Shown: positions 10,321 through 22,255, numbered from the stretch's first letter. The stretch: DNA of 33,550 nt from Octopus bimaculoides (GCF_001194135.2 NC_068990.1:78768972-78802521); one strand, 5' to 3'. Notes: a model not told the origin generated them from the letters alone. A program made the numbers and translations.

Positions 10321-10556
10321 TTCTGAGGTCGATTTGTTCGACCGATAAATACATACATACATACATACATACATACATACATACATGCATACATATATAC
10401 ATATACATATGCATATATATATATATATATATNNNNNNNNNNNNNNNNNNNNNNNNNNNNNNNNNNNNNNNNNNNNNNNNNNNNNNNNNNNNNNNNNNNN
10501 NNNNNNNNNNNNNNNNNNNNNNNNNNNNNNNNNNNNNNNNNNNNNNNNNNNATATA

Positions 10557-11824
10557 TTGAGTCATTCCATAAATAATGTGGTTTTTTCAAATGCATGAAT
10601 TAAAAGTCGGAGAGGTACGGGATAAACTACCTGCATCAACTTGCTATAAAAACAGGTAGTAATTTTACCTTGGACTTATTCTTAGTGCAACTTTTGAAGA
10701 GTGTAACTCGACGTTAACAGTTATTTTTTCAAAACTATAATGGAGTGACAAAGAAGCATATTCAGTATATTTTGCTTTATGAGTTCAATAAAGACAACAA
10801 CGCAACGGAAAGTGCGAGGAATATTAATGCAGTATATGGAGATCCCTTACAGGACAATAAGCATAAGCCAGTGTCAACGGTGGTTCCAGAAATTCCGGGC
10901 CGGAAATTGCAGCCTAGAAAACGAATCTCGTCCTGGAAGATCTGTAGAGCTCGACGAGGACGTCCTGCAAACCCTGGTGGAACAAAATCCCATCGTATTT
11001 GTTGAGGAACTAGCAGAGAAGCATGGATATGGTCAATCAACCATTCATCGACACCTGCGTGCCATCGGAAAAGTCAGCAGATTGGGTCAATGGGTTCCTC
11101 ACAAACTTTCCGAGTCTAATCGTGTGCAGAGAGTGAACGTGGGCTTTTTGCTGTCACGTCTCACGAATGAACCTTTTTTGGATCGAATAGTGGCTGATGA
11201 CAAGAAATGGGTTCTCTGTAAAAATGTTTCTCCTTTCCCTACCCGCCGAAGACAGCAGGTAGGGAAAGGAGAAACATCGGTACTCCTGGCTAAAGAAGGT
11301 CTTCACCCACATAATGTGTTATCTGTTTGGTTGGATATGAAAGGTTTAGTCCACTTTGAGATTTTAAACCCAAACCAAACGATAACAAAGATCTGTTGCG
11401 AGCAGCTTGAGCGGCTTAAGCCCGTGGTAGAAGAAAAACGACCATCTTTGGTTTCAAGACGAAAGGTGTTCTTCCTTTAGGATAATGCTCGGCCACATAC
11501 AGCGAGGATAACATTCCAAAGACTGGAGCAATTTGAATGGGAAACGATGCTCCACCCACCATATTCGCCGGACATTGACCCATTTGATTATCATTTATTC
11601 CGCAATCTTCAAGATCATTTGGACTGAAAAAATACGAGTTCTGTAGACAAGGTCAGAACAGTATTGGAAGAATATTTTTCGTCAATGATAAGCGAATTTT
11701 GGGAGAGGGGGCCTTTCAAGTCTATCAGACAGATGGAAGAGCATTGTAGAAAATGAAGGAGAGTATATTTTAGATTAAAAATAAAAGAAGTATAAAAACC
11801 CGCATTACTTATGGGATGACCCAA
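10557..11824 (+). mobile_element. Full-length (1268 bp) mariner DD34D element, transposase inactivated
   Basis: TIRs TTGAGTCATTCCATAAATAATGTGGTTTTT and AAAAACCCGCATTACTTATGGGATGACCCAA; TA at 10555-56 and 11825-26. Motifs RPGRSVELDED, WVPHKL, IVADDKKW, DNARPH, YSPDIDPFDYHLF, split by frameshifts and stops. Confidence 0.93.
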
Positions 11825-12255
11825 TATTCCGATACAATGAAAAGTGGTTTATATGTCCCTTTGTTGTAGTTTTATTAAAGTTAGTCTTTAATCCTGCCTA
11901 TAAATTGATTGATTGAAATAATGAGGTTATTAAGCTTTTACTTTTATATTGTACTACGGAAGACGGTAGGGATTATAATTTTTGTATGACTTTAAAAGAG
12001 TTGTCGCTGTTTAGTTACGTATTTAGAAGTTGGTTGTAATTTACTTATTGAATTTATTCATCGATACGGTTGTACATAGGGTAAATGTGTTTGAAAGTTG
12101 TGGTTTCTTTGGTATGTTTGTTCCCAAACAATACTTATTTGAGTGCTATTGACACCGCCGGATTGAATGGTAATGCCCAGGTGTCGAAACCATAATGATA
12201 TCCGTGGGGCAGCTGATGATAGAGGTGTGTTGGATTGTTGGTATATATATATATA

Positions 12256-12850
12256 CTGGGTGCGAAGTGTAAACTGTCATCTAAATTACGCTAAAATGAA
12301 AATGACATTGACACCTCATTTTAAAAGATATATTTACTAAAATTGCTTTAAAATTTCTTGAAATACTAAAGAGTAAATTTATTTAAGAAATTCGCCATTG
12401 GCTTCAACCATGGCCTCCAGAGGACTTCGGAATCTTCTGCAACTCTTCTGGACAGTCTCCTTGTTTAAGTTGGTGAATGCTGGCTGCCATAATCCTTGCC
12501 TTCAGTCCATCCTTGGTGTTACAAGGAGTTTTTCTGGTCTCTCGCTCAACTGCGCCCTACACATAATAATCAAGGGGGTTGCAGTCTGGGGAGTTAGGTG
12601 GCCAGATGTTAGGGATGTTGTGGTCGCAGAAATTATCTGACAGCCATGACTGGGTTCTCCTGCTTGTGTGGCAAGGTGCAGAGTCCTGTTGCCAGACATA
12701 GGGTCTTCCAGCAGCCACTCTCTTGACCCAGAGCAGCACTACCTCCTTCAGGCACTTGATGTAGGCCTCCATGTTGAGTCTGAGGCCATGCCATGTGGGA
12801 AGATGAATGGAGGCATAACATCGCTATCACTAGTGACCATTCCAAACACC
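12256..12850 (-). mobile_element. 5'-truncated maT-type (DD37D) Tc1/mariner transposon
   Basis: VFGMVTSDSDVMPPFIFPHGLRLN...WQQDSAPCH...WPPNSPDCNPLDYYV has 37 residues between the second and third D. Terminus TA|CTGGGTG at 12254-12262. Confidence 0.85.
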
Positions 12851-12935
12851 GAAACAGCCGAAACGTTGTGTTAACAACAAACAAGATGTGGACAAATATC
12901 CGTCAAATGTAAATAATGTAAATAATGTACATAAT
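12850..12935 (+). mobile_element. Probable Penelope-type terminal fragment carrying the 3' half of a hammerhead (AGCC-GAAAC-GTT)
   Basis: GCCGAAACGTTGTGTTAACAACAAAC..., with palindromic AACGTT. The CTGANGA half is missing and the maT fragment abuts in its place. Confidence 0.35.
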
Positions 12936-13374
12936 TCCTCATCTCTCAAATATAGAACTGTATTATATGTGTACATGCACATTTATATATGTGTGTAAGT
13001 GTGTGTGCATACTCACATACATACAAACATGCATGCAAGCATACATACATACGTACATGTATACATCAGAATACACACAGACAATTTATGTGAAAGTAAA
13101 AAAAAAGCACAGATTTGAAAAAGAAACCCACGAATAAATAAACAATTAAAATAAATAAATAAAAGATACTAAAATAAGAAAGGAAGAAGACTTTAGTTCT
13201 GGGAGACATTGATTCCAGTTGAATGTTATCTGGGGGAGATTTGTATGAATATTATAAAGTTTTCTAGAATAATACGAACACATCACAAAACAGGCACAAA
13301 AATAACAAAGATAAAAAGAAGATTTTGTAATATGTCCAGAATATGAAAGACATAGGAAAACAATGAGAACAATA

Positions 13375-13547
13375 TGAACACACACACACACAGACGCACG
13401 CATGCAAACACACACACATGCAAACACACACACACATATACATGCAAACACGCACGTGCACACACATACATGCACACGCACAAACACATATACATATTCA
13501 CATATACGCATATATAAACATATTCACACAAATACACATTCATAGAA

Positions 13548-13598
<51 letters not shown>

Positions 13599-13645
13599 CA
13601 CACATACAAACACACGTACACACAGACAGATACACACACATGTAT
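13375..13645. repeat. Degenerate (CA)n/(TA)n microsatellite block
   Basis: Directly visible. Confidence 0.9.
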
Positions 13646-13854
13646 TGCTTCTTGGAGGAAGACTTAAAAACTCCGAACAGGTTTTGTCTGCGAATTGCTA
13701 AAAGATAGCGAAGAGTTGCGAATTATTGTTGCGAATTATTACAAGTTGAGATTTAAGAAAGTCAAAAATTAAATTAATTGAAATAGAAAAAATTAAAATA
13801 AAGAAATATCATAGATTAACAGATACAAACACTAATAAATCGCCGTCATATAAT

Positions 13855-13892
<38 letters not shown>

Positions 13893-14303
13893 TACATACA
13901 TACTTTTATGTATATATACAAGCATTCATACATAGATACACATATATACGCATCTATATATATATAAATATGTACATATATATATTTTCTATTGCGCCAT
14001 TGTTTCTTCTCATCCTGTTTAGTTGTAATTTCATTTTCTCTTTATTTCTGTTTATTTCTTTAACTCTTCTTGCTGGTTGGTTTACACATCTTTTCTATCT
14101 TCTCTCTTTTGTCGTCATCTTTGTCTTTGTTACAATCCTGCATCTCTGCTTTTCATTTCAGGCGTTTTTCTCCACAATTTCCTCGATTCCATATCGTCTA
14201 CCTTAACATCCGTTCTTCACTTCTCTGAGTAATCATTCATGTAACATAGTGAATAATCACTACAAGATTTATGTGAAAGTTTTTTGTGAAAAACTTGTAA
14301 AAG

Positions 14304-14410
14304 TTCTTCTTCTTCTTCTTCTTCTTCTTCTTCTTCTTCTTCTTCTTCTTCTTCTTCTTCTTCTTCTTCTTCTTCTTCTTCTTCTTCTTCTTCCTCCTCC
14401 GCCTCCTCCT
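14304..14410. repeat. (TTC)n-(CTC)n tract, i.e. a (GAA)n tail on the minus strand at the 3' end of the R4-like element
   Basis: Directly visible; abuts the element's 3' UTR. Confidence 0.9.
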
Positions 14411-15300
14411 CTGATTAAAACTCACAGCTTATTTTGCTGGGTATGATGGAAAATGTCAGATGTCCACAGTCAGCAGACTAAGGTGACACTTATTTACTGA
14501 TCATGCTTCAAAAGCCCTGCAGAGAACTCATGCAGCTCCAAGCAATAACGATTTCTGAAGCTGTTCTATCTTTCTATTTCTACCAGTCTTTTTGAGCCAT
14601 GTTGGTTGTTGAGTGTTAATACTTTCAAGAGCACCAATTACTATTAGCATCACGCCACTCTCTTTATTGCCCGCAACCTACATATTTCCCATTTCAAACC
14701 GTCATAGTTGTTTAGCTTTTCTTCAGGTTCCACATTTTGCCAATTTCTATTTCAAGGTCTTTATACTTGCTCAGTTTTTGGTAGATACGTTGGGGCAGTC
14801 ATATCAAAGAGGTGGCATGATTTTTGTCTGAAGCATTTCAATACAATGCCTGGTCTATTTGCATCTATCTTTCTGTCAGTTCCAGAGGAGTGAGATGTGA
14901 TCATTTTCAAGCACTGGAGGTGGTTTGTGTTCCTACCAGTTTTTATCATGGGGCAAGTCCAAGTTTTTGTAAATTATCCAGTGGATATACTGTGCTGCTC
15001 TATCATGCCTGTTAAGATACTCGGTAGGCGCAAGAAGACTGCACATGGAGACAACATGATCAATGGTTTCATTTTGTTGTTTACATACACGACATGTTGG
15101 GCAGCTGCTGTTCTTTAATATGTTGGCCTGGTAGTTTCTTGTAGGTAGGCATTGATCTTGGGCTGCTATGATAAACCCTTCTGTTTCTGATTTCAAGCCA
15201 GAAGCTATTAGCCATTGATGGGTAAGGGCTTTGTCAACATCGGCATTATTCGCTCTCTTTGGGAATTTGCAATCGAGAGGTTTTTTCTGCTATTTATCAG
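14411..15300 (-). mobile_element. R4/Dong-like (restriction-like endonuclease) non-LTR retrotransposon 3' fragment, apparently a chimera of two families
   Basis: HQWLIASGLKSETEGFIIAAQDQCLPTRNY, CRVCKQQNETIDHVVSMC (CCHC), RHD, TDRKIDANRPGIV, KLSKYKDLEIEIGKMWNLK; then a second copy of that motif, EEKLNNYDGLKWEICRL; then IVIGALES and IEQLQKSLLLGAA. Confidence 0.85.
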
Positions 15301-15316
15301 TCAGAATATCTAAGGA

Positions 15317-16341
15317 TCTTCTAAGGCCGCAAAAGCTGCTCGCGACATTTGTGCTGTGTATAGAGATGTTGCCATAGCTGAAAGAACCGCTCGTGATTGG
15401 TATGCCAAGTTCAAAAATGGAAATTTTGACCTCAAAGACGCACCTCGTTCTGGCCGTCCAGTTGAGTTCGATGAAGAGCGATTAAACCAACTTTTGCACG
15501 AAAATTCTCGTCAAACGACAAGGAAACTGGCAGAGAAAATGGAATGCTCCCACACTGCTATAGAGAAGCATCTTCACTCGATGGGAAAGGTTCAGAAGTA
15601 TGGAGCATGAGTTCTGCATGCTTTAAATGACAACAACAAAAATCAACGAGTCATAATCTCCGCTGGTTTGCTTGCTCATCACCGCTCAACTTATGGACAG
15701 AAGCAACGATTTCTTTAACGAATCGTTACTGGCGACGAAAAATGGTGCCTGTACACCAATATGAAGCAGCGTAAGGAATGGTTTAGCCCCGGTAAACAAG
15801 CGACACCGCGCGTAAAACGATGTTGTGCGTGTGGTGGGACTGGGAAGGGACTATCCATTACGAATTGCTTGAACAGAACCAAACGGTCAACGCAGAACAG
15901 ATGGAAGGACTCAACACGGCTATTCAAGAGAAAAGACCTAATCGGCAGCATGGAGTTCTTCCGCTGCAGGACAACGCTCTCCCTCATATCTCCAATATGA
16001 CCAAGGAAGCCATTCAATCGCATGGCTGGGAAGTGCTGCTACACCCGCCGTACTCTCCTGATTTGGCACCAACAGATCTCCACCTCTTTCGATCTCTTTC
16101 AAATGCTATGCGCAGAGTTTCGTTCAATACTGATGCAGAATTGAGAGCTTGGTTGGATCCAATTTTCGAGTCGAAATCGGGTGATTTCTACCAACGAGGT
16201 ATTGAAAATCTTTTTGAATGTTGGAAAGAAGTTGTAAACAACAAGGGTGAATACATTATTAATTAATTAATTGTATTTTTTATTAAACCTTTAAAAAAAT
16301 TAAAATAAAAAAAGACGGCGGGAACTTAGTTGCCAACCCAA
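15317..16341 (+). mobile_element. 5'-truncated mariner DD34D element (second family), pseudogenised
   Basis: PRSGRPVEFDEE, RIVTGDEKW, QDNALPH-(34 aa spacing)-YSPDLAPTD, ending GEYIIN*. Right TIR ...GGAACTTAGTTGCCAACCCAA followed by TA (16342-43). Confidence 0.92.
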
Positions 16342-16473
16342 TAGATACATGCACACACATGCACAAACGCCTTTTTGTCTTGTTGGAAGTATTGAGAAAT
16401 TTGAAATTCAGTATTTTTAAGAAGCTGCATTTATGCAGATGAAGTTATAAATCATAAATTATAACATATCAGT

Positions 16474-16790
16474 GAAGGCGCGTGGCTTAGTGGTTAGGGT
16501 ATTGGACTCACGATTGTAAGGTCGTGAGTTTAATTTCCGGCGACACATTGTGTCCTTGAGCAAGACACTTGATTTCACGTTGCTCCAGTCCACTCAGCAA
16601 AAATGAGTAGTACCTGTATTTCAAAGGGGCCAGTCTTGTCACATTGTGTGTCACGCTGAATCTCCCTGAGAACTACGTTAAGGGTACACGTGTCTGTGGA
16701 TTGCTCAATCACTTGCACGTTAATTTCACGAGCAAGCTGTTCCGTTGATCGTATCAGCTGGGACCCTCGTCGTCGTAACCGACGGAGTGG
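16474..16790 (+). mobile_element. tRNA-derived SINE (about 315 bp) with a TGTCCTTGAGCAAGACA (V-domain-like) motif
   Basis: A box TGGCTTAGTGG, B box GAGTTTAATT; near-identical copy at 17175-17498. Confidence 0.85.
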
Positions 16791-17174
16791 TCCTTCTTTT
16801 TTTATAATACATTGAATAAATATATTCGTCAGTCGGAATCACATGAGGGGATCGAACTGTATGCCTGCCGTATGTTGGATGGCGGTAGTGACCACTAGGT
16901 CGCAAGAGAAAGCGAAAGGAAGTCAACAATTTGTAAGCATAATATTTAGTTAGTATAATATTTGCAGGCGAGAACAAATAAAAATTGACCCCCCCCACCA
17001 CCAAAATAAAATGCAAAACAATTACGTATCTAGGGAGAGAGGAAAAAAAAAAGACTGATAAGGACTGCGATACGGTCTTATACGTAAGGCAAAGTTAGTA
17101 GAAATTTATCAAGTATGAGAGAAGATATGGTAAATTCATCTTACGGCTATAATCAGATGGGGATTATCTACTTA

Positions 17175-17498
17175 CGCGTTGCTTAGTGTTTAGAGTATTC
17201 AGCTCCCGATTGTAAGGTCGCGAGTTCAATTCCCGGCGACGCGTTGTGTCCTTGAGCAAGACATTTTATTTCCCGTTGCTCCAGTCCACTCAGCTGGCAA
17301 AAATGAGTAGTACCTGTAATTCAAAGGGGCCAGTCTTGTCACACTCTGTGTCACGTCGTTGACTCTCCCTGAGAACTACATTAAGGGTATACGTGTCTGT
17401 GGAGTGCTCAGCCACTTGCACATTAATTTCAGGAGTAGCAGGCTGTTCTGTTTTATCGGATCAACTGGAACCGTCGTGGTCGTAAGCGACGCAATGCC
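17175..17498 (+). mobile_element. Second copy of the same SINE, direct orientation
   Basis: B box GAGTTCAATTCCC; colinear with 16474-16790. Confidence 0.85.
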
Positions 17499-17544
17499 AT
17501 TTACATAAATCTACAATTATCAGTCTGACCGGCCGTCTTTGCCA

Positions 17545-17743
17545 CCACCCCTCTCTCTCTCTCTTTCTCACTCCCCCTCTCTCTCTCTCTCTCACTCCCT
17601 ATCTCTCTCTCTCTCTCTCTCTCTCTCCCTCTCTCTCTCTCTCTATCCTCCTTCATCTCTTCCCTCTCAGACTTTCTTCGTCATGGTTAACATCACTATT
17701 ATTATCCTAATGATAATGTTGTTATATTTATTGTTGCAATGAT

Positions 17744-17775
<32 letters not shown>

Positions 17776-17925
17776 GTTGCTATTGTTGCTGTTGCTGTTG
17801 TTCTCCTCCTCCTTTTTCTCCTCTTTCTTCTCCTGTCTTCGTCCTCCTCTTCGTCCTCCTATTTCTCCTCCTCTTCGTCCTCCTCCTGCTCCTCCTGCTC
17901 AAATTCCTCCTCCTCCATCATTTGT
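17545..17925. repeat. (CT)n, (TTTC)n and (CTC/TCC)n low-complexity tracts
   Basis: Directly visible. Confidence 0.85.
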
Positions 17926-18029
17926 ACCATAATTAAAACATCTGTTGTTTTTGAAACGAGATATTTATGTTGTGGTAGATCTTATTGGTTTAACCACTCG
18001 CTTATGCCGAACCAGACGAAATCTCAAGT

Positions 18030-18034
<5 letters not shown>

Positions 18035-18097
<63 letters not shown>

Positions 18098-18378
18098 NNN
18101 NNNNNNNNNNNNNNNNNNNNNNNNNNNNNNNNNNNNNNNNNNNNNNNNNNNNNNNNNNNNNNNNNNNNNNNNNNNNNNNNNNNNNNNNNNNNNNNNNNNN
18201 NNNNNNNNNNNNNNNNNNNNNNNNNNNNNNNNNNNNNNNNNNNNNNNNNNNNNNNNNNNNNNNNNNNNNNNNNNNNNNNNNNNNNNNNNNNNNNNNNNNN
18301 NNNNNNNNNNNNNNNNNNNNNNNNNNNNNNNNNNNNNNNNNNNNNNNNNNNNNNNNNNNNNNNNNNNNNNNNNNNNNN

Positions 18379-18409
<31 letters not shown>

Positions 18410-18435
18410 GTGTGTATGTGTGTGTGTGTGTGAAT
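18035..18435. repeat. (CA)n, N-gap (18098-18378), (TA)n/(TG)n
   Basis: Directly visible. Confidence 0.95.
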
Positions 18436-18754
18436 ATATATTTGTATGTATATATTGTATATGCATATAGGTGAGTGTATGGTGAGTATACGAAAGAGTG
18501 AGAGAGTGAGAGAGAGTGGGAGAAAGAGAAGCGCTGACATGGGTACAATGGTGTATACATATGAAAAAGTCAACATACACTTATATACACCACCGCATTC
18601 ACATAGACATATGTGTACACACCTCCCACCACAGGCATATGTTTGTGTCTACCTCCATAGTCTTGGAGAGAACAAATTTTGCGTTATGCGTATTGAAAGG
18701 AATAAAGAAAGAATAAGCGAAACCAACAGATAAACAGGCTCAGAAAATATGTCT

Positions 18755-18790
<36 letters not shown>

Positions 18791-19642
18791 ACACATATAG
18801 AAACACACAGACAAAGACACACGCGCAAGCACACACACATATAATACTCGCACGCTTGACACTAGAAAGGAGAGCAACAGATGGCCACACGCACACATAC
18901 ACACACAAACACACACGCGCACACACACACACACACTCACACACACACAAACACACACAAACACACACAAGCACACATATAAAGCTATATAAAAATAATA
19001 ATTTTATTGCTATTCCTTTGTGTGTCTCTAGACATAGTTTAGCTTTCATACACACACGTACATTTTGCACCTCTATCCATTTCGTCAATGCTAAAAATAC
19101 ATTTTCATTGGTTACCTGATATAGCAGCGTCTCTCTACAAGTGATAAGTTCTTTCTACATTATTCACCTTTGTGTAAATGGTGCGTGGGAGTCTACATGT
19201 ATAGAAATATGTGTGCATATATGTCGTCTGTCTGCCTGTCTGTTTGTCTGTTTGTACACATAAACATACACATATATACATAATCTGATATCTATCTATC
19301 TTTATTTATTTATTTATAATCGAATCTGTTAAACTAATTTTAATTTTTCGTTACTTCATTTATTCCAACAAAGTCAATAACATCATCATCAACAACAACA
19401 CCAACAACACGAGCAATCACATAAATGTGCCAACGAGGGACCGTTCACCCTTAAACCACACACACACACACTTATAAAACATACATACACATACACACAT
19501 GCATAGTAGAGAGACATGAAGCCAGTCGGGATACTCTTAGTTTATCTAAGCATGATATTCAGTGCTACAAATCTATGTCTATGTGAATAAACAAGTAGAA
19601 AGTATGGACCTCAAATAAATCACATAAAGAACATTTAAAGAA

Positions 19643-19703
19643 GTTATCTCGTGAGACTTCTAGACATTTCGGTGATAGTTCACCTCGTCAGGCGCCGTTG
19701 AAC
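19643..19703 (-). ncRNA. Type I hammerhead ribozyme-like motif, perfect core and stem II, decayed stem I
   Basis: Minus strand: GGCGC-CTGACGA-GGTGA ACTA TCACC-GAAA-TGTCTAGAA-GTC-TCACG. Stem III ATGTCTAGAAGT is two substitutions from a perfect palindrome. Confidence 0.65.
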
Positions 19704-21534
19704 CTATGTGTAGGCACACTCTAAAGAACATCCCTGGTGGTTGAGTTATACATCTATAGAGAACTGATAAAGAACTTGTCTATCACCAAGAAATATTGTC
19801 TTAGAAAGGTTATGAAATGATCAGTCTGAGTATTTTACTCAATCAATATAAAGTGGGTGGTTTAAACGAACACCAGGAAATGTATGTAGAGTAAAGATAT
19901 GTAAGTTGTGATCCGTATGATCTAAATGATATATTTAATCACTGAGAATACACAACCGCTCGACTGGTAGTCGGTGCTATTACTTTATACCTGCAAGAGT
20001 TAAACATATTTATGAAATACTAATGGGATCCGTAGAAATTCCACGAAAAAGATTAAGAGAAGCAATTTAAGAAAGAAAGTATGATTTGCATTTATATTCT
20101 TATTTTGCTAAGTTATTTCACTTTCATTCACAATAATATATTATAATAGGATTATAAAATTTCTCTCAGCTTATATTTCTTTCTCTCTACCTCTTCAACA
20201 AACTTTTTAACCATGTAATTCCCCTCTTCATGTCTTTAACATTTCTCTCTTTCTCTTCACTTCTCACTTCCACTAACCACATGAGTGACAGCATAATGCA
20301 TCGGATAGCTATCTGCTCCCTCACTCATTCTGACATTCCCTCTTCCACTCTCTGACTTCACCTCTTCCTCTCTAACAAACAATAATATTATTCTTCTACG
20401 AACAGGTAGAATAATAATATTATAGACTTAGTTCAATGATAAAAATACTTTTCACTATCAACACACCACCACCACCATTGTCATCTCTATGGTTTTCAGT
20501 AACAAAGCTCTTTTCATTTCAGTTCAGTTCAGCTGTTTGTTTATATCTACTTTTTCTTGCTGCCGATGTATCTTTACTCTGATAATACAAACGCTATTCA
20601 CCTCTCTCTCTTAATGTAACTGCTTCCCCTGTCCATCTCTACCTTCTCACCACCAGAACATCACCCTCTGATAAATATTGTATCCTAAAAATATCTCTTT
20701 CTCTTTACCTTTCCCTCCCCACCCTACAACACGTCGTTAACACTTCTCTGTGTCTTTTCTCTCACCGCCTTTTCTCGCTCTTGGCCACTCCCTTCAACTA
20801 ATGCATTTGGCCTTAGTGTATTATTATAGTCTTCTCTTCTTTCTTCTCTACTCATATTTCACCTTTCTCTCTTTCCTATTTACTCCACCTCTCACTCACT
20901 CACCCCACCTCCATCTCTCTAATTAACTAACGTATAAAAGGTGAACGAATAAGCAGATTGTCATATAGATATTTGACAATAAATCTCAATTATATCACAT
21001 AAAGAAAATCTACAATATTTCCCACAGTCACCTCGTGGGACATCTTGATGGTTTGGTGACTACTTAAATTGTCACCTGCTGTTGACTTAAAGACAATTAC
21101 ACGTTTCTATATAGCAATTGTCAATGTTTATATATAGCAGTTGTCTATACCAATGTACACAAACTCGAAAAGCTTTACCTATGTAAACAAACCCGAAAGG
21201 TTTTGTAAGTTATGGAAAGAAAGCTACCATGGAAGACTCATAGTAATAATAATTATAACTGTATAATAATATATCATAATGATATTTTATTATCCGATTT
21301 GAAGCGACATCTTTTTTTAAATACAGACAAATGACTGAAAAATGATGAGCTAACCCCAGCCAAAATCGAACCCACAGATCAACGCTAACATGGCTCCTTG
21401 CGCATCCGACTGAGTCAAACGCTCACCCATCAATTTCAGCCAAATTTAGTTAATGTATACTTAAACTGTCTAATATTACACATAATATTTGTAAACAAGA
21501 GGAAAACATCTTTTCCAGCTGACTACCGACACAT

Positions 21535-21710
21535 GAGCTGTGTCTGTATACTGTGAGCAAGGGAGTCTACTGTTCCCTTTCTAGCCGTAACGATACCTGT
21601 AGACCAATGGCTTCTGGGTAATTTCCCTTCGTCAGTACAGGACAACCACCGGTTAGAGATAGCAGCCACCCGCTCTTGCTCACAGTGTATACTTTTAAAG
21701 CGACACACAG
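21535..21710 (-). ncRNA. Type I hammerhead (21596-21641) capping a long rod-like extension of stem I
   Basis: Minus strand: CCTGTA-CTGACGA-A GGG AAATTA CCC A-GAAG-CCATTG-GTC-TACAGG; perfect 6 bp stem I. Outer arms CTAACCG/CGGCTAG, CTGCT/AGTAG and a perfect 12 bp ACTGTGAGCAAG/CTTGCTCACAGT (21550-61/21675-86). GAAA is altered to GAAG at 21611. Confidence 0.75.
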
Positions 21711-22255
21711 TTGCTGATATCGTAAAGAGAATTAAAACTAGTTGTCTTTCTCTTTACAAATAATAATCATGATTATGAAAAAAAAAAGTGAAGAAAATGA
21801 AATTCTCAGAAAATATTGCATAGAATTGGAGAAGTATTTTCAACGTCTTTCAGTAATGGCAGGTGAATTAAACGTACTGTAGCTCGTTGCAGGTTATAAA
21901 TAATATGACCACTGGCTTATTGGGAAAGCTGTAAGTTTGATTGTTTTAATTAAATTTTTTTTTTAAAGTATCACCAATATAAGTATTTATACTCCGGTGA
22001 AATTTTAAAAAATCAACTCATAAATAAAATATACCCTCGAATCCCTCACTGTACACACACACACACACACACACACACANNNNNNNNNNNNNNNNNNNNN
22101 NNNNNNNNNNNNNNNNNNNNNNNNNNACACACACAGAGTCGTATATCTGCACACACAGAGTCGCATATTTATGTATGTATTTATGTATCTATCCACACTT
22201 GTCTACGTGCATAGGTACACCATGATCTATATACACGCAGACGAGTGTCATCAAA

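Noticed and set aside
12141-12225. GACACC/GGTGTC stem followed by GAAACCAT.ATG, with a CTGATGA at 12213
   Set aside because: The upstream core (CTATTGA) and stem I do not fit, and the downstream CTGATGA has no partner GAAA and cannot pair with the half motif at 12856.
16845-16915. tRNA-like A/B boxes on the minus strand (also at 21350-21420)
   Set aside because: No cloverleaf or acceptor stem; most likely decayed SINE heads, not tRNA genes.
19764-19800. CTGATAA...GAAATATTGTC on the plus strand, divergent from the 19643 hammerhead
   Set aside because: G8 is missing, stem II is out of register and stem I is only 2 bp.
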